This document shows, one piece after another, positions 22,464 to 30,529 of a stretch of DNA of 32,000 nucleotides. How positions within the stretch are numbered: position 1 is the first letter of the stretch; each line of letters opens with the position of its first letter. The notes beneath the pieces are model-generated. The model was not told the origin of the DNA and ran no database searches. It worked only from the letters and a program-made list of their open reading frames with translations. The translations under genes and the position numbers were made by a program. The stretch comes from Candidatus Saccharimonadota bacterium (GTDB taxonomy: Bacteria; Patescibacteriota; Patescibacteriia; 2-12-FULL-60-25): NCBI GenBank assembly GCA_016699205.1, contig CP064964.1:900001-932000 (forward strand), in the 5' to 3' direction.

Positions 22464-24098
22464 ATGGCCAAGAAATCGAGTACAAGTGCATTGACCAAGG
22501 AACAGCATGCCGCGCAAGACGCGCGCTATGCGGAAGGGCATTCCTACGATTATGTGATTATCGGGACGGGGAGTTCCGCGCTTACCGTCGGTGCTTTGCT
22601 TGCGAATGCCGGGCACAAGGTCTGCCTGATTGAGGCGCATGATATCCCCGGAGGTTATGCGCAGACGTTCCACACGGGCGATTATCATTTTTGTGCGCAG
22701 GTGCATTACATTTGGGGATGTGCGCCGGGTGGAAAGATTTACGAGTTTTTGAAGCGTGTCGGTTTGGAGAAGGATATTACGTTTGAACTTCTCGATAAAA
22801 ATGGGTATGACCACATGGTGATGCCGGATGGAAAACGTGTTCCTATTCCGTATGGTTGGGACAAGCTGATTGAGAACGTGGTTGCGGCGTATCCGGACCA
22901 GAAATCTACGATGGAAAAATTTGTCGCTGTTCTACGGAAGGTGCGCGAGGAATTCCGGACGTTTCCCGAGACGATCAAGCCGATTGACTATCTCAAGGCG
23001 TACAAATATCCGACGATTATCAAGTATCGAAACGCAACGGTGCAAGATTTATTTGATGAATGTGGTTTGAGCAAGGAAGCGCAAGCTGTTTTGTGCGCCA
23101 ATGCGGGCGACTACATGCTTCCGCCGGAGAAGCTCTCGTTGTTTATGTATATCGCTTTGTTTGGCGGGTACAATACGGGCGCCTATTATCCGACAAAGCA
23201 CTTTAAGTATTATATTCAGCGCTTGGCCGACTTTATTACGAGTCACGAGGGCTGCCATATTTATTACGAAACGCCTGTCGATAAGATTAACGTTGAGAAC
23301 GGCATTGTAACGAGTGTTGGAACGGCAAATGGCAAAACGTTTACGGCAAAGAACTTTATTTGTAACGGCGATCCGCAGACGATGGCAAAGAAAATCGGTT
23401 TGGAGAAGTTTTCTGCCGACGACAAAAAGAAACTATCGTATCAGTACTCGCAAGCCGGTGTTGTTGTGTATCTTGGATTGAAGGGAATCGATCTGCGTGA
23501 TTACGGTTTTGGCTCCTTCAATATCTGGCATCTTGAGGATTGGGATATGAATGAAATGTGGCGCCAGATGGGCGCAACCAATTTTGAAAAGCCATGGCTT
23601 TTCATGTCGACGCCAACGCTGCATACGGATGCGGGCGGTACGACGCCGGGACCTGATTGCCAGATTCTCGAGCTCGCATCGTACACAGAATACCAGCCAT
23701 TCAAGGATGCGCAGGACAAGAGTTACGCGGAATATATGAAGTTGAAGTTGAAGACGGCGGAAAAGATGATCGATCTAGTCGAGAAAAAATATGTGCCGGA
23801 TATCCGGAAGCATATAGTCGTGAAAACGATTGGGACATCGGTGACGAATGAGGATTTCTGTTTGGCTCCAAAGGGGAATGCGTATGGTTCGGATATGACT
23901 CCGGAGCAAGTCAGCAAGAATCGTCTCAAAGCAAAAACACCGTTTCCAAATTTTTGGTGGTGTAACGCGTCGAGCGGATGGGCGGGGATGTACGGAACTG
24001 TGTCGACAGGAATGGGGCTTTATATGGATTTAACCGGAGATCGGTTCTACGAGGGTCCAAAAGCACCGAGCGATGACGAGTTTATCCGAGCGCTTTAA
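22464..24098 (+). CDS. FAD-dependent oxidoreductase, phytoene desaturase (CrtI)-like family
   Basis: ATG 22464; YDYVIIGTGSSALTVGALLANAGHKVCLIEAHDIPGG dinucleotide fold; 544 aa; the upstream part of ORF 22209.. overlaps the methyltransferase and is rejected. Confidence 0.8.
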   Translation: MAKKSSTSALTKEQHAAQDARYAEGHSYDYVIIGTGSSALTVGALLANAGHKVCLIEAHDIPGGYAQTFHTGDYHFCAQVHYIWGCAPGGKIYEFLKRVGLEKDITFELLDKNGYDHMVMPDGKRVPIPYGWDKLIENVVAAYPDQKSTMEKFVAVLRKVREEFRTFPETIKPIDYLKAYKYPTIIKYRNATVQDLFDECGLSKEAQAVLCANAGDYMLPPEKLSLFMYIALFGGYNTGAYYPTKHFKYYIQRLADFITSHEGCHIYYETPVDKINVENGIVTSVGTANGKTFTAKNFICNGDPQTMAKKIGLEKFSADDKKKLSYQYSQAGVVVYLGLKGIDLRDYGFGSFNIWHLEDWDMNEMWRQMGATNFEKPWLFMSTPTLHTDAGGTTPGPDCQILELASYTEYQPFKDAQDKSYAEYMKLKLKTAEKMIDLVEKKYVPDIRKHIVVKTIGTSVTNEDFCLAPKGNAYGSDMTPEQVSKNRLKAKTPFPNFWWCNASSGWAGMYGTVSTGMGLYMDLTGDRFYEGPKAPSDDEFIRAL

Positions 24099-25368
24099 TC
24101 ACTTGCTCCGCGACGCGTTCTCCATTACGGAGCGCGCCTTCCGTCCACGGGCCGTTCAGATAGTCGCCGGAGAAGAAGACGTTGTTTGCGCCTTGACCGT
24201 CATGCATGAAGTTGCTGACGCGCTGCAGATGGCCGTGGGAGAATTTGGGCATCGCTTCTACCCAGCGTTCCAAATCATGGTTTTGTAGTTGATCGATCGA
24301 ATCGAACCATGGGCATACCTTGATCAGTTCGGGTTTTACGGCTGAGAAAATTTCTTCGTCTGTGTTTCCGATCAGTGTTTTTGCAAAATCTTCATGCAGC
24401 CATGCGCAGATCAATGTTTTTTCGCCAATGACCAGCTCTTCACCTTTCATCGCCTCGTTAACATATCCGGAAATTTTTGAGCTTTCCACAAACGGGACCC
24501 AGACGACGGCGGTGTCGGGGAGAAGGTTGCGATCGACGCGGAAGGCGATGCTGATCGACGAGGCGTATTGGGTATTCGTCAGTACATCGGATTGTTGTTC
24601 CGTCGGGTTTATATAGATCTTGCTGCTAACCGTGGCTTGAGAGGCGAGGACAACCGCGTCGAATGTTTGTGTCGTGCCTTTTGAGTCGACCAGGTTCACG
24701 TTCTCGCCGCCGACAATTTCTTTGACGGGGGAGTTGAGATGTATGTTGAGGCGTTCAGCAAATGCATTTGGCAACGCCTGCATGCCTCCTTTGGTGCGGT
24801 GAAGATGCCATCGACCCGGTTCTGTCTCAATGGATTTCATGATGCCTTTCAATGCGGCGACGCTGATTTCTTCCGCGCGGTGGAATTGATACGTTGAGGT
24901 AAATGCGTCGACGTAATAATCTGCGACGTCTTTTCCGGCCCAGCGGCGCATGTAGTCGTAAGCGTTGTCGGTGTCTTGTCCAGCGAGTTCGTCGAGATCC
25001 AAGAAATTGCCAATATTTTTTGCAAGGAAAAATTGCCACGTGAAACGCAGCTTGGAGAGCATGCCAACGGCGTCCGCAAACGGAACGAGTTCTCCCTTTT
25101 GGAAAATGGCGTATTTGAGAAAGCGCATCTTTTCCCATTCGATGCCAAATTCCTTACAGTAATATTTAATTCGATCGTAGAGGTCGCACAAATGGTCGGC
25201 GCCGAGGTCAAAGACGAATCCGTCTTTGGTGCGCGAGCTCATGCGCCCGCCGACGTAGGCGTTTTTTTCATAGACCGTCACCTCATAACCGTTTTGTTTT
25301 AACGTATAGGCGCAGGCGAGTCCGGCGATTCCGGCGCCGATGACGGCAATGCGTTTTTTCTCAGACAT
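24082..25368 (-). CDS. FAD-dependent oxidoreductase, amine oxidase / protoporphyrinogen oxidase / HpnE-like family
   Basis: KRIAVIGAGIAGLACAYTLKQNGYEVTVYEKNAYVGGR; C-terminal ...VFFSGDYLNGPWTEGALRNG...; 17-nt 3' overlap with the convergent gene. Confidence 0.8.
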   Translation of the reverse strand: MSEKKRIAVIGAGIAGLACAYTLKQNGYEVTVYEKNAYVGGRMSSRTKDGFVFDLGADHLCDLYDRIKYYCKEFGIEWEKMRFLKYAIFQKGELVPFADAVGMLSKLRFTWQFFLAKNIGNFLDLDELAGQDTDNAYDYMRRWAGKDVADYYVDAFTSTYQFHRAEEISVAALKGIMKSIETEPGRWHLHRTKGGMQALPNAFAERLNIHLNSPVKEIVGGENVNLVDSKGTTQTFDAVVLASQATVSSKIYINPTEQQSDVLTNTQYASSISIAFRVDRNLLPDTAVVWVPFVESSKISGYVNEAMKGEELVIGEKTLICAWLHEDFAKTLIGNTDEEIFSAVKPELIKVCPWFDSIDQLQNHDLERWVEAMPKFSHGHLQRVSNFMHDGQGANNVFFSGDYLNGPWTEGALRNGERVAEQVIKALG

Positions 25369-25437
25369 AGATGAGGCGCAGAGTATGATCCGACGGGTTG
25401 CTTGTCAATTGATAGGAGTTTGATACAACTAGGATAT

Positions 25438-25875
25438 ATGAAGATGATCAAACTGACGGCTTTATTTGGAATCTTGGCTTTGCTTGGCGGCGGTTGCGTG
25501 ATGCCTGGTACGCCGGTTGTTACTGCACCTACCGTCGATGGAAAGCCGGTGACGACGAAGTCTGCCATGTGCGCGCAGACGCCACAGGTATTCTTTTTCA
25601 ATCGATTGGCTTTTCGTGCCGCTGAGATCGATCAGATCAAGACAAACATTGTAGCGCCTTTGGTCGAGTACTATCGCACGACTCCACCGGATGGCGAGTA
25701 TCAAGTTGTCTCGATTACGATCGAGCGTACGGCTACCGGTATTTTGGTTGAAGCGATTGTCGATCAGCCGGATTCTGATGAACCGATTTCGCATGGATTC
25801 GTGCACAATCGCGCAAAGGACGGCAGTTATCCGATGTGGTATCCCGATGAGGTTCCGCCAGAGTATCGCGGGTAA
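25438..25875 (+). CDS. lipoprotein of unknown function
   Basis: MKMIKLTALFGILALLGGGC lipobox-like signal peptide. Confidence 0.7.
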   Translation: MKMIKLTALFGILALLGGGCVMPGTPVVTAPTVDGKPVTTKSAMCAQTPQVFFFNRLAFRAAEIDQIKTNIVAPLVEYYRTTPPDGEYQVVSITIERTATGILVEAIVDQPDSDEPISHGFVHNRAKDGSYPMWYPDEVPPEYRG

Positions 25876-25889
25876 TAAAAAAAACAGCG

Positions 25890-25923
25890 ACCGCCCCAAG
25901 AATAGAAATTCTGGGGCGGTTTT
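25890..25923. terminator. bidirectional intrinsic terminator
   Basis: ACCGCCCCA 25890..25898 / TGGGGCGGT 25912..25920; A8 run upstream (T run on the minus strand), TTT downstream. Confidence 0.55.
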
Positions 25924-25927
25924 GTAG

Positions 25928-26557
25928 TTAGGAATGGGGCTCGTGGGTGCGGAGCGCTTCCTCGGCTTGGTCGCATAGGGTTTCCAGTCTTCGTGCGTAC
26001 ACGGGGCAGGTGTTGCGGGCGATCGGGATGATGTATTCCCGTGTCTCGATGATGTAATTGCGCTTGCGCGGGATCTCGAATCCGTTCATGTCCGAGAGGT
26101 TGTCCTCGCGATCCGCGCACTTGCTTACGCGGACTTTGAAGTCGGCGGCAGCGAGTTTGGCAAAGTATTCCTCCGTCGACTTGGCGACGCGGTCGACAAG
26201 CTCGCCGGTGACAGGGTCAAACTTGGGGATCTTCTTGGAGATCGTCATCATGTCATCGCAGGTGCTTGCTCCAAAGAGGTTGAGGACGACTTTGTCGGGA
26301 GTCGTTGTATCCTCAAAGATGTCGTGGAGCAGGATCAGGATGATCGTTTGCGTATCGTGATAGCCGTTCTTGATGAGGCTGATCGCCGCTCGCCGCGGAT
26401 GCTCAAAGACGCGCTGGCCGTCGTCGCGGAACTGGTCGCGGTGCGCGGTTTTGCACAGCCAGTAGGCGAACTGGATAAGCTCGAGCTCCTGCGCTGTACG
26501 CGGAGGCAGCATGTGAAAGAACTGGTCGCGGTTCATGCAGCCCAACCTTTCTTGCAT
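25928..26557 (-). CDS. HD-domain protein, RelA/SpoT-hydrolase-like (small alarmone hydrolase candidate)
   Basis: ...AHRDQFRDDGQRVFEHPRRAA...ILLHDIFEDTTT... HD hydrolase pattern; no synthetase domain; alternative start 26536. Confidence 0.8.
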   Translation of the reverse strand: MQERLGCMNRDQFFHMLPPRTAQELELIQFAYWLCKTAHRDQFRDDGQRVFEHPRRAAISLIKNGYHDTQTIILILLHDIFEDTTTPDKVVLNLFGASTCDDMMTISKKIPKFDPVTGELVDRVAKSTEEYFAKLAAADFKVRVSKCADREDNLSDMNGFEIPRKRNYIIETREYIIPIARNTCPVYARRLETLCDQAEEALRTHEPHS

Positions 26558-26605
26558 CTAAGTTGTAACAATGTTTGCCGCACATCGTCAATCGACCATA
26601 ACCTC

Positions 26606-26634
26606 TTGCATTTTATGATGGTTTCGACTATATT
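26606..26634 (+). promoter_or_regulatory. possible tRNA promoter TTGCAT - 17 nt - TATATT
   Basis: TTGCAT 26606..26611, TATATT 26629..26634, 20 nt before the tRNA 5' end. Confidence 0.35.
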
Positions 26635-26654
26635 TATGCAGCAATTATTTGAAT

Positions 26655-26728
26655 AGGGGCGTCGTATAATGGTAGTACAACGGTCTCCAAAACCGTTAGC
26701 GTGGGTTCGATTCCCCCCGCCCCTGCCA
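26655..26728 (+). tRNA. trnW: tRNA-Trp (anticodon CCA), 3' CCA encoded
   Basis: 7-bp acceptor stem AGGGGCG/CGCCCCT; anticodon stem ACGGT/ACCGT with loop CTCCAAA (CCA at 26687..26689); T arm GGGTTCGATTCCC. Confidence 0.93.
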
Positions 26729-26730
26729 AC

Positions 26731-26761
26731 AAAAATCACCGCTGAAAGGCGGTGGTTTTTT
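26731..26761 (+). terminator. intrinsic terminator after the tRNA
   Basis: AAAAATCACCGC / GCGGTGGTTTTT stem, then T run. Confidence 0.55.
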
Positions 26762-26795
26762 GTGACGCGCCTGGATGGCTTTTCTCTCGGTCATC

Positions 26796-27359
26796 TTATA
26801 CAGACAAGCGAATTTTTTTTATCCATTTCTCTTTTTGTGTTTCGTTTAAAAAACGAACCCTTGAAATTTTTGTCACTTTCACTGTTTCTAGTCCGCAAAA
26901 TTCCAGGACAGCGTGCTTCATCATATTGATGTCGCTATTTTTGTATTTCCACCAAATCCATGATTGCGGAGCATCGGATGTTCGAATGATCTCTGCTTTT
27001 TTGCCGCTCAAGAGCTTGTCCCAAAACGGGTCGTTTTCATGGTATTTAAATGCAAAACCAGGATGCAGGGCGCGATCCAAGAATCCCTTTAGTATCGCTG
27101 GAATCGATCCCCACCACATTGGGTAAATAATAACCCATTTTTCACACCACAAAATATACTCTTGAGCCTTTTTTAGGTCGGGTTCCAGTTCCTGAATCGT
27201 TTTGTAACCCTTCCAGAGAACGGGATCAAACTTCATATCGCCTATACGCTGGATGCGTACTTCATCGCCCTTTGCGATGGCGGCATCATGGTACGCCTCA
27301 GCGATCTGACCATTGAATGTATCTTTATCAGGATGTGCAAGTAAAATATATATTTTCAT
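26796..27359 (-). CDS. NAD(P)H-dependent oxidoreductase, flavodoxin-like fold (NQO/KefF-like)
   Basis: ATG 27359 gives MKIYILLAHPDKDTFNG...; ...WVIIYPMWWGSIPAILKGFLDR... Confidence 0.8.
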   Translation of the reverse strand: MKIYILLAHPDKDTFNGQIAEAYHDAAIAKGDEVRIQRIGDMKFDPVLWKGYKTIQELEPDLKKAQEYILWCEKWVIIYPMWWGSIPAILKGFLDRALHPGFAFKYHENDPFWDKLLSGKKAEIIRTSDAPQSWIWWKYKNSDINMMKHAVLEFCGLETVKVTKISRVRFLNETQKEKWIKKIRLSV

Positions 27360-27394
27360 AACGATAAAAATATTATTTCTTTGATTAGAATTCT

Positions 27395-27658
27395 TTATTG
27401 CCCCAAGTTGATAGGCGAATCTTCTATTTCCCGAGATTTTGGATTGTGCATCGTACGTATATAGAGTTCCTCGACCTTCTCGCGTGCCCAAGGGGTCTTC
27501 CTTAGAAATACAAGGCTCGATTTGATGCTTGGATCTTTTTTAAAGCAGTTTATATTGATTTTTTGTGCGAGCCCTTCCCAACCGTGCTTTTCCAATAACT
27601 TTTCAAGAATCGCTTGAAGTGTTTTTCCGTACAGCGGGTCTTTTGGATGTTCGATCAT
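27395..27658 (-). CDS. DUF2132 / VF530-like small helical protein
   Basis: ATG 27658 gives MIEHPKDPLYGKTLQAILEKLLEKHGWEGLAQKININCFKKDPSIKSSLVFLRKTPWAREKVEELY, recalled from memory as typical of this family. Confidence 0.6.
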   Translation of the reverse strand: MIEHPKDPLYGKTLQAILEKLLEKHGWEGLAQKININCFKKDPSIKSSLVFLRKTPWAREKVEELYIRTMHNPKSREIEDSPINLGQ

Positions 27659-27707
27659 GAGAAGGAGTATACGTGAATGAACCATTGCAAGCGAGCTATT
27701 ATAGTAC

Positions 27708-27731
27708 AAAACCTGCCGAATGGCGGGTTTT
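27708..27731. other. 10-bp hairpin with GAAT loop between divergent genes
   Basis: AAAACCTGCC 27708..27717 / GGCGGGTTTT 27722..27731 (one G-T pair); T-rich on both sides. Confidence 0.3.
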
Positions 27732-27747
27732 GTGTTAGGGTCAATGG

Positions 27748-28239
27748 ATGAAAATATATCTCGCAGCATTGCTTGTCGTTGCGACTCTCGGTGCAGGCTG
27801 TTCTACAGCGCCGGCTGTTCCTACAAGGCCTTTGCAAGCTCCGCCTGTGGCACAGGAGCCATCGGGCACGACGACGCTTGATCTGAGCGGAAAGGGTCTG
27901 ACGTCGATCCCTGCGGACGTCTTTACGAGAACGGATCTTGAGCGGCTTGATGTTTCCGAAAATCGTTTGACGGGTGCTCCGCAGTCGCAGATTGGACAGC
28001 TTGAAAATTTGAAGTTTCTTGATTTGAGCAACAATTCGTTAACAGGTTTACCCGCCGAGCTCGGACGGTTAAGCAAGCTGGAGACGCTCGACGCATCAAA
28101 TAACAAATTGACCGGTCTTCCGATGGAGCTTGGTAATCTCAAGCAGCTGCGTGTTCTTGATGTTTCCGGCAACAACTACTCAAAACAGGATCTTGATCAG
28201 ATCGCGGCGAAATTACCGAATACGGAAATTCGCAGGTAG
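27748..28239 (+). CDS. leucine-rich-repeat lipoprotein
   Basis: Lipobox LGAGC; about five 23-residue LRRs (LxxLxLSxNxLTGLPxELGxL). Confidence 0.85.
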   Translation: MKIYLAALLVVATLGAGCSTAPAVPTRPLQAPPVAQEPSGTTTLDLSGKGLTSIPADVFTRTDLERLDVSENRLTGAPQSQIGQLENLKFLDLSNNSLTGLPAELGRLSKLETLDASNNKLTGLPMELGNLKQLRVLDVSGNNYSKQDLDQIAAKLPNTEIRR

Positions 28240-28252
28240 AATAGGTGTGTCT

Positions 28253-28753
28253 ATGAATGAATCAACAAAGGTCGCTGTGTTGGCCGGCGGATGCTTCTGG
28301 GGGATGGAGGATTTGTTTCGGAAGCAAAAAGGTGTGATTGATACCGAGACGGGGTATACGGGAGGTTCAAATGAGCATCCGACGTATCAGAGTCATCCGG
28401 GTCATGCCGAGGCTTTAAAGATTACGTACGATCCCAAGCTTACGAGCTACCCTGAATTGTTGGATTTCTTTTTCCGTATCCATGATCCGACGACGATGAA
28501 TCGACAGGGGAATGATGTTGGAAGCGCGTATCGATCGGCGATTTTCTATGGGTCGGAAGAGGAGAAGAAAGATGCGGAGCGTTTGATCGATCTTGTGAAC
28601 AAGTCTAAAAATTGGCCTGATCCGGTCGTGACGACGCTAGAGCCGCTTGGGAAATTTACACCGGCGGAACCGGAGCATCAGGATTATCTTCAGCAGAATC
28701 CCGGAGGCTATACGTGTCATTTTGTGAGAAGCGTACAAAGCTATCTTTCTTGA
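28253..28753 (+). CDS. msrA: peptide-methionine (S)-S-oxide reductase
   Basis: ATG 28253; [16 protein letters not shown]... catalytic GCFWG; ...[12 protein letters not shown]... Confidence 0.93.
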   Translation: MNESTKVAVLAGGCFWGMEDLFRKQKGVIDTETGYTGGSNEHPTYQSHPGHAEALKITYDPKLTSYPELLDFFFRIHDPTTMNRQGNDVGSAYRSAIFYGSEEEKKDAERLIDLVNKSKNWPDPVVTTLEPLGKFTPAEPEHQDYLQQNPGGYTCHFVRSVQSYLS

Positions 28754-28770
28754 GGAGATACACAGTTAAA

Positions 28771-28802
28771 TATAAAAGACCTTCTGAAGAAGGTCTTTTA
28801 TA
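28771..28802 (+). terminator. intrinsic terminator (14-bp stem, 4-nt loop)
   Basis: TATAAAAGACCTTC 28771..28784 / GAAGGTCTTTTATA 28789..28802. Confidence 0.7.
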
Positions 28803-28868
28803 TTTAAAAACTTTATTAGTAATTTATTTATTGTGCACATTCGTTAGAGGATGGTCCGTGGTAGAGTA

Positions 28869-28896
28869 TTGAAAGTAGAAAGTATTTAATTAATAT
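28869..28896 (+). promoter_or_regulatory. possible promoter TTGAAA - 16 nt - TAATAT in an AT-rich spacer
   Basis: TTGAAA 28869..28874, TAATAT 28891..28896; only about 14 nt before ATG 28911, implying a very short leader. Confidence 0.3.
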
Positions 28897-28910
28897 TCTT
28901 TTCATAAGCT

Positions 28911-29474
28911 ATGAAAGAACAAACACTTGTTGCTTCTTCTGCGCTGATTCTTATTTTTTCCGTTGTTGTTTTTGCCGGTATTCAGCATGTCAATGCCGTT
29001 ACTGAAACAAGAACAAGCCGAGCCGTTGAGATGAAGCGTATTCGTATGAATGCTGCAGATCTTTCCGGCGCATCCAATGTTTCAGATCCGGATGGATCGT
29101 GTAGCGGCTTTGCCAAGCGCGTTGTGCTCGACACGATCCCGGCTGCCGGCCAAGTCACTTCTATCGTCACAAAGGTGCGTAATGTGTTTTCTGGTGCTGG
29201 TATTTCCCAGATTGGCGTTGTTGCCGTACGTGCCGAGCAGGGCGGTGTTCAGCTTTCCAGTGGGAACATAGCTGTTCCGCATACGGATTTGAAGGACACG
29301 TCTTACGTTGAGAACCGCATGCCTACGGTAGGCGAGTATGCTTTTTACGATGAGGATGCCTCTTGGCAAGTTGTGGCGTACATCTGTGGACGCGATGTGC
29401 TTGCTGATCCGATGAATATTTCAACGGTTACGACAGGTACTGCGGATTTCTATATCATGGAAACGAGAAATTAG
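28911..29474 (+). CDS. secreted/anchored protein of unknown function, paralog A (187 aa, 2 conserved Cys)
   Basis: N-terminal hydrophobic segment; strongly similar to the next ORF. Confidence 0.7.
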   Translation: MKEQTLVASSALILIFSVVVFAGIQHVNAVTETRTSRAVEMKRIRMNAADLSGASNVSDPDGSCSGFAKRVVLDTIPAAGQVTSIVTKVRNVFSGAGISQIGVVAVRAEQGGVQLSSGNIAVPHTDLKDTSYVENRMPTVGEYAFYDEDASWQVVAYICGRDVLADPMNISTVTTGTADFYIMETRN

Positions 29475-29484
29475 TCTGACCCTT

Positions 29485-30063
29485 ATGACCTTTTCCAAAG
29501 TGAATCGTCATAGTCTCGTCGCTTCTTTTCTTCTTTTGCTTTCAGCATCGGTCATTATTCTTTCCGGCATACGTTCGGCTTCTGCCGTGACCGTATCGAC
29601 GAATAATCGTACGACCGAGATGAAAAGACTGCGCATGAGTTATCTCGATGTGATTAACGCTTCGAATATTAAAGATCCGAATGGTACATGCGGCGGACTT
29701 GCGAAACGCGTTGTGCTCGACACGATCCCGGACGGCGGTCAGGTCAACTCTATCGTTACAAAAGTTCGTACGGCATTTAATGGACCGCTTGTTTCCCAGA
29801 TTGGCGTTATTGCCGTTCGTGCCGAGCAGGGCGGTGTTCAGGTCTCTAACGGCGATATCGCGACACCTCACACCAATTTGCAGGATACGATTTATATCGA
29901 GAACCGTATCCCTACGGTAGGCGAGTATGCTTTTTACGATGAGGATGCTTCTTGGCAAGTTGTGGCGTACATCTGTGGAAGCAACACTCTCGCAGAGCCA
30001 CTCGACATTTCTAGCCTGACGCAAGGTTCCGTGGATTTTTACGCGATTGAAACGAATAACTAG
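29485..30063 (+). CDS. secreted/anchored protein of unknown function, paralog B (192 aa)
   Basis: Collinear similarity to 28911..29474 along the whole mature part, e.g. AKRVVLDTIP, SQIGV.AVRAEQGGVQ, PTVGEYAFYDEDASWQVVAYICG. Confidence 0.7.
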   Translation: MTFSKVNRHSLVASFLLLLSASVIILSGIRSASAVTVSTNNRTTEMKRLRMSYLDVINASNIKDPNGTCGGLAKRVVLDTIPDGGQVNSIVTKVRTAFNGPLVSQIGVIAVRAEQGGVQVSNGDIATPHTNLQDTIYIENRIPTVGEYAFYDEDASWQVVAYICGSNTLAEPLDISSLTQGSVDFYAIETNN

Positions 30064-30075
30064 TTGCGTTTATAT

Positions 30076-30109
30076 AGCAAAAGACCGGTATTGAAACCGG
30101 TCTTTTGCT
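30076..30109. terminator. bidirectional intrinsic terminator (14-bp stem, 6-nt loop)
   Basis: AGCAAAAGACCGGT 30076..30089 / ACCGGTCTTTTGCT 30096..30109, between convergent genes. Confidence 0.7.
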
Positions 30110-30462
30110 TATCCAGTCTTTTTGAATGTGATCCGGAATACCGGTTCGTATTTCACGTCATTATCATCGGTGAGATCGAGTGGTTGGCCTTTCATCAGCA
30201 TCGTGAGTGAAAGATCGGTCAAGAGGATCTCGTCGGTCTTTACGTCGAGGGTGAGACGCTCTAATTGTTCCATTTCTTTACCAAAGTCGGCCCGGACCTC
30301 GCTCTCGATTTGAATTTTTTTTGCCTTGAGTTTTTTGAGTTCGTCGAGCACATCCTGATATGGCTTGGATTGGGCGAGAACGTCTTTGAAAATCGTATTC
30401 ACTTTCTTTTTCTCGTCTTTTTTGGCTCTGATTCGGGAGTGGATTTCTTTCAGGTCAGGCAT
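30109..30462 (-). CDS. hypothetical coiled-coil protein (117 aa)
   Basis: ATG 30462 gives MPDLKEIHSRIRAKKDEKKK...; Lys/Glu-rich heptad-like sequence; the longer listed ORF to 30588 would overlap the divergent gene region. Confidence 0.55.
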   Translation of the reverse strand: MPDLKEIHSRIRAKKDEKKKVNTIFKDVLAQSKPYQDVLDELKKLKAKKIQIESEVRADFGKEMEQLERLTLDVKTDEILLTDLSLTMLMKGQPLDLTDDNDVKYEPVFRITFKKTG

Positions 30463-30529
30463 AGGTCGGGTTAGGTCTCGGGAGTATAGCATCTCGCACC
30501 AGATCGTGCGGGCTGATAGTCTTGTGTGT

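Noticed and set aside
26655-27769. Genomic islet integrated at tRNA-Trp (NAD(P)H oxidoreductase plus DUF2132 genes on the opposite strand)
   Set aside because: There is no integrase, no direct repeat of the tRNA 3' end that I could find, and sampled GC (about 35-53% per 60-nt line) is not clearly different from the surrounding accessory region.
28911-30063. Tandem paralogs as a diversity-generating retroelement target (VR/TR pair)
   Set aside because: Mismatches between the copies are not confined to adenine positions. Both copies are full ORFs, and no reverse transcriptase is present in the window.
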